A stretch of DNA of 64,000 nt. Source: an uncultured Alphaproteobacteria bacterium (lineage in GTDB: Bacteria > Pseudomonadota > Alphaproteobacteria > Rs-D84). Made by a program: the position numbers and the translations under genes. The notes below the pieces were generated by a model. That model was not told the origin of the DNA. It worked only from the letters and a program-made list of their open reading frames with translations, and searched no databases. This document shows, piece after piece, positions 59,029-64,000 of this stretch. The first letter of the stretch is position 1. Each line of letters opens with the position of its first letter. The stretch is from the NCBI GenBank assembly GCA_944392815.1, contig CALXXY010000003.1, positions 32,001 to 96,000 of the forward strand, read 5' to 3'.

Positions 59029-59371
59029 ACCACCCCGGCACTTCGTGCCACCCCTCCGCAGAGGGGAACTTTGCCCCGCAACGGTACGTAGCTAGTTCCC
59101 CTCTGCGGAGGGGTGGCGCGCTTTGCGCGACGGGGTGGTTTACTCGTGACTCGTGAGTGTGTCGCTCGGGCGCGTTGCGCCCTGTGCGTATCCTCGTATT
59201 TATTCGGTCTGCACTTCGTTTGACCTCATATACTCGGATTCATCGCGAGCAAAGCGTGGCGATCCAGTAAATAAAAAGCACTGCGGGCGAATGCTCGCAG
59301 ACATATTGCACTGGATTGCCACAGTCGTACGACAACGTTTTCAACGTTGATCGTACTCCTTCGCAATGACA
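59029..59371. repeat. Mosaic palindromic repeat, locus 3 (full module Y plus module Z)
   Basis: ACCACCCCG..GCCACCCCTCCGCAGAGGGGAACT inverted pair 59029-59140; TCATCGCGAG..GTGGCGATCCAGT...ACTGGATTGCCAC..TCGCAATGA 59240-59370. Confidence 0.92.
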
Positions 59372-60107
59372 GGGGGATAGTATGCCCGAATAACGTGTCG
59401 CACCCGAACGCCATCCGCCCCATTTTGACATATTTTTTTATTCAAAAATTACTTTAATTTATACATATATCTATATATTTTTAGTAAATTTTTAAATTTT
59501 ATACAATAATACACCATTTTAACATCAAAAATACACCAAAAATCGCTGAAAACCCGCAGAAATCCGCCATTTTTTGCATTTTTACGGTCAGAATAGGGCA
59601 CAAAAACCGATTTTTCCGCCCCCGACAATGACAAAAAACGGCCACACAGGCAACCAAAACCACAGAAACACATAAAAACACATTATATCACTAAATACAA
59701 AGTGTTATTTTATTTTTACAATAAATATCTTCAATAAATTTCACCAATAAATATGCGTAAAAACATTCACAAAAAAAATCCGAAACACGCCCGATACAAA
59801 AACACGCCGCACAAAACTGCACGAAACAAAAAAATCACCAAGTCAAAAACTAAACCCAAAATTCATCGTGCTATGACGCAGATGAATTTTATTTAACGTA
59901 CATTTATATGTTCATCTGCGCCACAGCGAACAAAAAATAATACCGACGACAGCGACAACACACATCACAGCAAATTTTTATCACGCGCGACTACACACAC
60001 ATTTTCACAAATTATAATATTTGACACGTCCGACACACAAAACCACAAAACAAATCTGCTTGTATTCATGTATCATTTTGGAACACACCAACACATCATA
60101 TTCTCGT

Positions 60108-60320
60108 TATATTACGTACAGTTTTTATGAGCCCCGGCGACCACATAATCCTCATATATTATGTATAGTTTTGGGGGCGCCAGCACTCCACATTCCTGTT
60201 ATATTATGTATAGTTTTATGAGCCCCAGCGGGCACATAATCCTCATATATTATGTATAGTTTTGGGAGCGCCAGCACTCCACATTCCCATTATATTATGT
60301 ATAGTTTTATGAGCCCCGGC
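60108..60320 (+). repeat. Tandem array (91-bp unit) carrying five copies of the dif XerD-side half-site TATATTATGTATAGTTTT
   Basis: Copies at 60108 (2 mismatches), 60155, 60200, 60246 and 60291; spacers alternate between two types. Confidence 0.9.
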
Positions 60321-60327
60321 GAATAAA

Positions 60328-60355
60328 ACTATACATAATATACATTATGCGCCTT
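60328..60355 (-). other. dif-like XerC/XerD recombination site
   Basis: AAGGCGCATAA-TGTATA-TTATGTATAGT versus E. coli dif GGTGCGCATAA-TGTATA-TTATGTTAAAT: 22/28 identical, 20 contiguous. Confidence 0.8.
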
Positions 60356-60781
60356 TTGGCATGGTTTACAAATCGGTGTCCCCTGGGGCGAAAAACTGGC
60401 CGAAATTTCGTCCTGACACACAACAAAACGGCAACAAAAAAATACGGTACAAAAATGAATATAAATATAAACATCACTGTGGCGCGAACAATAATAAATC
60501 ACACGACAAACACAAAATCATCGCGCAAACGTCGCCACATCGACAAACTTTTTATAATTTGCACGATATTTGCCGTATACCTGACAGCCATCATTTTTAT
60601 CATCACGACATAATATGAAACAACGAAAATACGCCCCGGTCCAACAAAACCGCCCTGTTCCGCCGTCCACCCCACCAATTACCACACGACGCCAAAACGA
60701 AACACGCCCCGGCGGCGGCGCGCAAAAAAAACACAAAAAACGGCGGAAATTCGCCGTTTTTTACACATTTCACCACACAAA

Positions 60782-61354
60782 TCACCGTGATTTGCGGCCG
60801 CCATGGGCCACTTTCGTGATTTTTGTAATTTTATCCCTGGCAACCCGGGTCACAGTTTTAATCCCCTTTTCTAAATCACTGGGTTGGGCAGGTATAATTT
60901 GCTCGGCCTGTAATTTCGAACAGCAATTTGGGCATTTTGTCGCCTGGATATTTATAGTAGATTTACAATACGGGCACGTCCGCGTCGTCACGGCCTTTTT
61001 CGCACGCAATTTGTTCATCACGCGCACCATTAAAAACACCGCAAACATAGTAATCAGAAAACTGACCACAGTATTCAAAAACACACCTATATTCATAGTG
61101 GCGGCCCCGGCGGCCTGGGCTTCGGCCACAGTGTTATAGTGCGCACCCGGCGCCCCACCCGACAGAACGATAAAAAATTGCGAAAAATCAATATCCCCGA
61201 TCAGCATACCGATTGGTGGCATAATAACATCTTTGACCAGCGAATTAACCATAGTCGTCATGACACTGCCGACGATGATACCAACGGCCATATCAATCGC
61301 GCTGCCACGTTCCAAAAACGTTCTGAATTCGGACAACAATTTATTTTTAGCCAT
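60782..61354 (-). CDS. mscL: Large-conductance mechanosensitive channel with C-terminal zinc ribbon
   Basis: EFRTFLERGSAIDMAVGIIVG, VNSLVKDVIMPPIG, N.G.FLN.VV.FLI; CPYC..CPNC; start could be 61372. Confidence 0.93.
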   Translation of the reverse strand: MAKNKLLSEFRTFLERGSAIDMAVGIIVGSVMTTMVNSLVKDVIMPPIGMLIGDIDFSQFFIVLSGGAPGAHYNTVAEAQAAGAATMNIGVFLNTVVSFLITMFAVFLMVRVMNKLRAKKAVTTRTCPYCKSTINIQATKCPNCCSKLQAEQIIPAQPSDLEKGIKTVTRVARDKITKITKVAHGGRKSR

Positions 61355-61910
61355 TTTTTTCACCTTTGCCATTATTCAAATAATCTTTTAATTCAGCGAC
61401 CACCTTGTTCAGTGTTTTCCGCAAACTTTCATCGCGCGTTTCCACGGTAATATCAGCGGTTGCATAAATATCATATCGTTCATCAATCAATTGCGCCAAA
61501 ATTTTCCGACTGTCCGTGTGCAGCAACTGCGGCCGCGTATGCCGAAACCCAGTTCGTTTTACCAACAAATCCAAATCCGCCCGCAGCCACACAGACACCG
61601 CGCGTTCCAACACCATTTTTCGCACGGCCGGGGTTATAAATGCGCCCTCGCCTGTGGAAATAACCTTTAACGCCGGCGGCGTATCAAACAGCCGTTCAAT
61701 GACCCTCTGTTCAGCGCGACGAAATTCGGCCTCGCCATACATGGCGAAAATATCCACCACGCTGCAACCGGCTGCGGCCTCGATTTCTTTGTCTGAATCA
61801 ACGAACGGAATCCCCAGCCGTCGTGCCAACGCGCGCCCTACACTGGTTTTACCGGCCCCCATCAGCCCAACCATAACAATCGGCTTGTTCAGTTTTATAT
61901 TTTCTTTCAT
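61347..61910 (-). CDS. aroK: Shikimate kinase
   Basis: VGLMGAGKTSVGRALA, FVDSDKEIE, GEAEFR, RPQL. Confidence 0.93.
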   Translation of the reverse strand: MKENIKLNKPIVMVGLMGAGKTSVGRALARRLGIPFVDSDKEIEAAAGCSVVDIFAMYGEAEFRRAEQRVIERLFDTPPALKVISTGEGAFITPAVRKMVLERAVSVWLRADLDLLVKRTGFRHTRPQLLHTDSRKILAQLIDERYDIYATADITVETRDESLRKTLNKVVAELKDYLNNGKGEKNG

Positions 61911-62034
61911 ACCGCAAATTTTACTAAAAAATACGCCCATTCTCAACAAGAATTAAAAACGCTTTTTATTTTAAAATCACGAAAAATATGATATAATGCA
62001 AACATATCAATTACGTAGGGGACGAGAGAGCATC

Positions 62035-63162
62035 ATGAACAAAACATCTTTATTGGCATTGGCCACATTTATACTGTCCATGGGCGGCGCTTTTGCGGCC
62101 GGCCCGCATATTTACGCAAATTCATTTGCAGCGCACAACATCACCGCAATCCAGCATTCGGTTATGACAACCGCCATGCAAACGTTCGAGGGCACAGCCG
62201 CCGCCGCATTGGGCGGTCGCGCCAACATAATCAAACACAATGACCCAGACGCCAGATATTTATACGGCACAACACCGATGTACGGCTGGCCACGTCTGTA
62301 CGGCGAATATGGCGACGATGGCACAGTCCAACAAACCGGTCGCAATGGCGGCGACACCGTGTCCATGGATATGACCATGGAAACACGCGACCCGCGCCCA
62401 GTATTAAACAGCGCATGGATAAATTGGCAACACATCGATGATGACGTAAAATTCCACGATATTGATGGACTGGACACTGATACAGATTTAATCATGTTCG
62501 GATTGGCGGGCGGCGAATCCCAGCGCGGCATCGGCATATCAGAATGGGGAATTTTCGGCGGATACATTGGCGGCGGTCAAACCAACAGTTTTATTGACAT
62601 GTCTGAAAACGGTGGCTATGTCGGGTTATACGGCGGATATAATGTCCACAATTTCAATTTATCTGTGGCGGCAAATGCCGGCGCATTGTACAACAGCGCC
62701 GAAACAGAATACGGCATTGACGAATTCGCAAACATGTGGGCCGGCGTCGCAATGAACGCAACATTTAACATTGCGCTGGACAACACATTTACAATCCAGC
62801 CCGGCGTATACGCGGGATATACATGGATTGGTTCGGCGGATTATATATCTATGTCGGGCGACGCTATTGCGAACGCAAATTATAATATGTTCGAAATAGC
62901 CCCGGAAATCCGTGCAATAAAACACGTGGGGCGCGGCTGGTTCGGATATATTAATTTCAAATATGCATTTGTCATGGGCACCCCAGGCGACGTATGGGTG
63001 AACGGCACACTGTACGACGAATTGACAACCCGCGATTATGCAGAATATGGAATCGGTATTGAAAAATCCATAGACAGATTTAATGTTGGCCTGCAAATCA
63101 ACCGTCGCGATGGTGGCCGCGCCGGCTGGAACGGCAGTGTTAATTTAAAATACATATTCTGA
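62035..63162 (+). CDS. Outer-membrane beta-barrel protein, autotransporter-beta-like
   Basis: Signal peptide; GRNGGD linker then amphipathic strands (GGYVGLYGGY, TIQPG..AGY); C-terminal LKYIF. Confidence 0.8.
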   Translation: MNKTSLLALATFILSMGGAFAAGPHIYANSFAAHNITAIQHSVMTTAMQTFEGTAAAALGGRANIIKHNDPDARYLYGTTPMYGWPRLYGEYGDDGTVQQTGRNGGDTVSMDMTMETRDPRPVLNSAWINWQHIDDDVKFHDIDGLDTDTDLIMFGLAGGESQRGIGISEWGIFGGYIGGGQTNSFIDMSENGGYVGLYGGYNVHNFNLSVAANAGALYNSAETEYGIDEFANMWAGVAMNATFNIALDNTFTIQPGVYAGYTWIGSADYISMSGDAIANANYNMFEIAPEIRAIKHVGRGWFGYINFKYAFVMGTPGDVWVNGTLYDELTTRDYAEYGIGIEKSIDRFNVGLQINRRDGGRAGWNGSVNLKYIF

Positions 63163-63167
63163 TAAAA

Positions 63168-63196
63168 CAAAAATCCCGCGATATGCGGGATTTTTA
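63168..63196. terminator. Bidirectional terminator
   Basis: AAAAATCCCGC-GATAT-GCGGGATTTTT. Confidence 0.8.
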
Positions 63197-63253
63197 TTGC
63201 ATTTCATGGTGATTTTATTAACGGGGGCTTTTGCCCCTGTTATCAAACCCAAA

Positions 63254-64000
63254 TTATTCCAGATTAGCCAAACGATCCAATTGATCGGCGGCAATTAACG
63301 CATCTATCATTTCGTCCAACGCGGGGCCACCGGCCAAAATATCGTCCAATTTATACAACGTTAATTTAATACGATGATCCGTCACGCGTTGTTCAGGAAA
63401 ATTATACGTGCGAATTTTTTCACTGCGGTCGCCAGACCCAACCATGCTTTTACGCGCAGAATTACTGGCGTTTTGCTGTTCATTGCGCTGTTTTTCATAT
63501 AATTTAGACCGCAAAACAGCCATAGCCGCCGCCTTGTTCTGGAACTGGCTGCGTTCATTTTGACACGTGACAACTATTCCAGTCGGGAAATGTGTAATAC
63601 GCACAGCACTGTCGGTTTTATTAACGTGCTGTCCCCCCGCCCCAGACGCACGGAACACGTCGATACGAATATCCTTGTCATCAATAACAATGTCTATGTC
63701 CTGGGCCTGGGGCATAACAGCCACCGACGCAGCACTGGTATGGATACGGCCACCGGCCTCGGTTTCGGGCACACGTTGCACACGATGAATACCAGATTCA
63801 AATTTCAACCGCGCGTACGCGCCCGCGCCGTCTATTTTGAAAATAATTTCTTTGTACCCGTGCAACGACGTAGGATTTTCATCAATCACTTCGGTTGTCC
63901 AACCATGACGCATGGCGTACGATTTATATTGATTATACAAATCGCCCGCGAACAGCGCGGATTCTTCGCCACCAACACCGGCACGAATTTCCATAATAAC
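63254..64000 (-). CDS. prfA: Peptide chain release factor 1, 5'-truncated by window edge
   Basis: [21 protein letters not shown] (PxT), [21 protein letters not shown]. Confidence 0.97.
   Translation of the reverse strand, partial: VIMEIRAGVGGEESALFAGDLYNQYKSYAMRHGWTTEVIDENPTSLHGYKEIIFKIDGAGAYARLKFESGIHRVQRVPETEAGGRIHTSAASVAVMPQAQDIDIVIDDKDIRIDVFRASGAGGQHVNKTDSAVRITHFPTGIVVTCQNERSQFQNKAAAMAVLRSKLYEKQRNEQQNASNSARKSMVGSGDRSEKIRTYNFPEQRVTDHRIKLTLYKLDDILAGGPALDEMIDALIAADQLDRLANLE

Noticed and set aside
59430-60100. Replication origin (AT-rich intergenic region)
   Set aside because: No clear TTATCCACA DnaA boxes seen, no dnaA/hemE/parAB context, and no skew inversion
60108-60342. CRISPR array
   Set aside because: The repeat is only 18 bp, spacers alternate between two near-identical types instead of being unique, no cas genes are in the window, and the repeat is explained as a dif half-site
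60782-61010. MscL zinc-ribbon extension as a novelty
   Set aside because: CPxC..CPxC tails on MscL are already familiar from many anaerobe homologs
6062-63196. DNA uptake sequence in the recurring AAAATCC(C)GC(C) terminator stems
   Set aside because: The stem core varies between terminators and the motif is not obviously abundant inside genes; a k-mer count would be needed
158-63788. Numerous long antisense or alternate-frame ORFs in the track (e.g. 158-1000, 1340-2197, 38236-38937, 56032-56925, 60615-61139)
   Set aside because: They shadow well-identified genes on the opposite strand or another frame and have no motifs or RBS

Overview
Chromosomal segment of an alphaproteobacterium (gcrA, DUF2155, ruvB-ybgC-tolQRA, lpxA-lpxB, M23 peptidase plus bactofilin). 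The compact gene style and many Cys-rich secreted orphans suggest the gut-associated Rs-D84/'Ca. Enterousia' lineage, but that is inference. Most of the window is housekeeping: recN, xseA, tsaD, rpsP-rimM-trmD-rplS, gdhA, pfkA, argS, rplM-rpsI, tig, thyA, rpsA, adk, corA, acpS, rfbA, leuS, tlyA, aroK, mscL, prfA and 6 tRNAs. Three things stand out. (1) At 58.0-59.0 kb a phage P1/P7 C4-antisense-RNA-like module (a1-b1 / RNA carrying b'-a' / a2-b2 at the RBS) precedes a pair of secreted Cys-rich genes rather than an antirepressor. Broken relatives of that pair sit at 15.9 kb and 36.0 kb, and all three loci abut mosaics of the same palindromic repeats. (2) At 60.1-60.36 kb an E. coli-like dif site is faced by five inverted extra copies of its XerD arm, with no visible strand-skew switch. 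(3) Smaller oddities include tRNA-linked repeats, structured r-protein leaders, a Cys-His-Asp paralog pair, probable xenologous gdhA and leuS, and a G9 tract in front of an acyltransferase. All homology calls are from motif recognition by eye; no searches were run.
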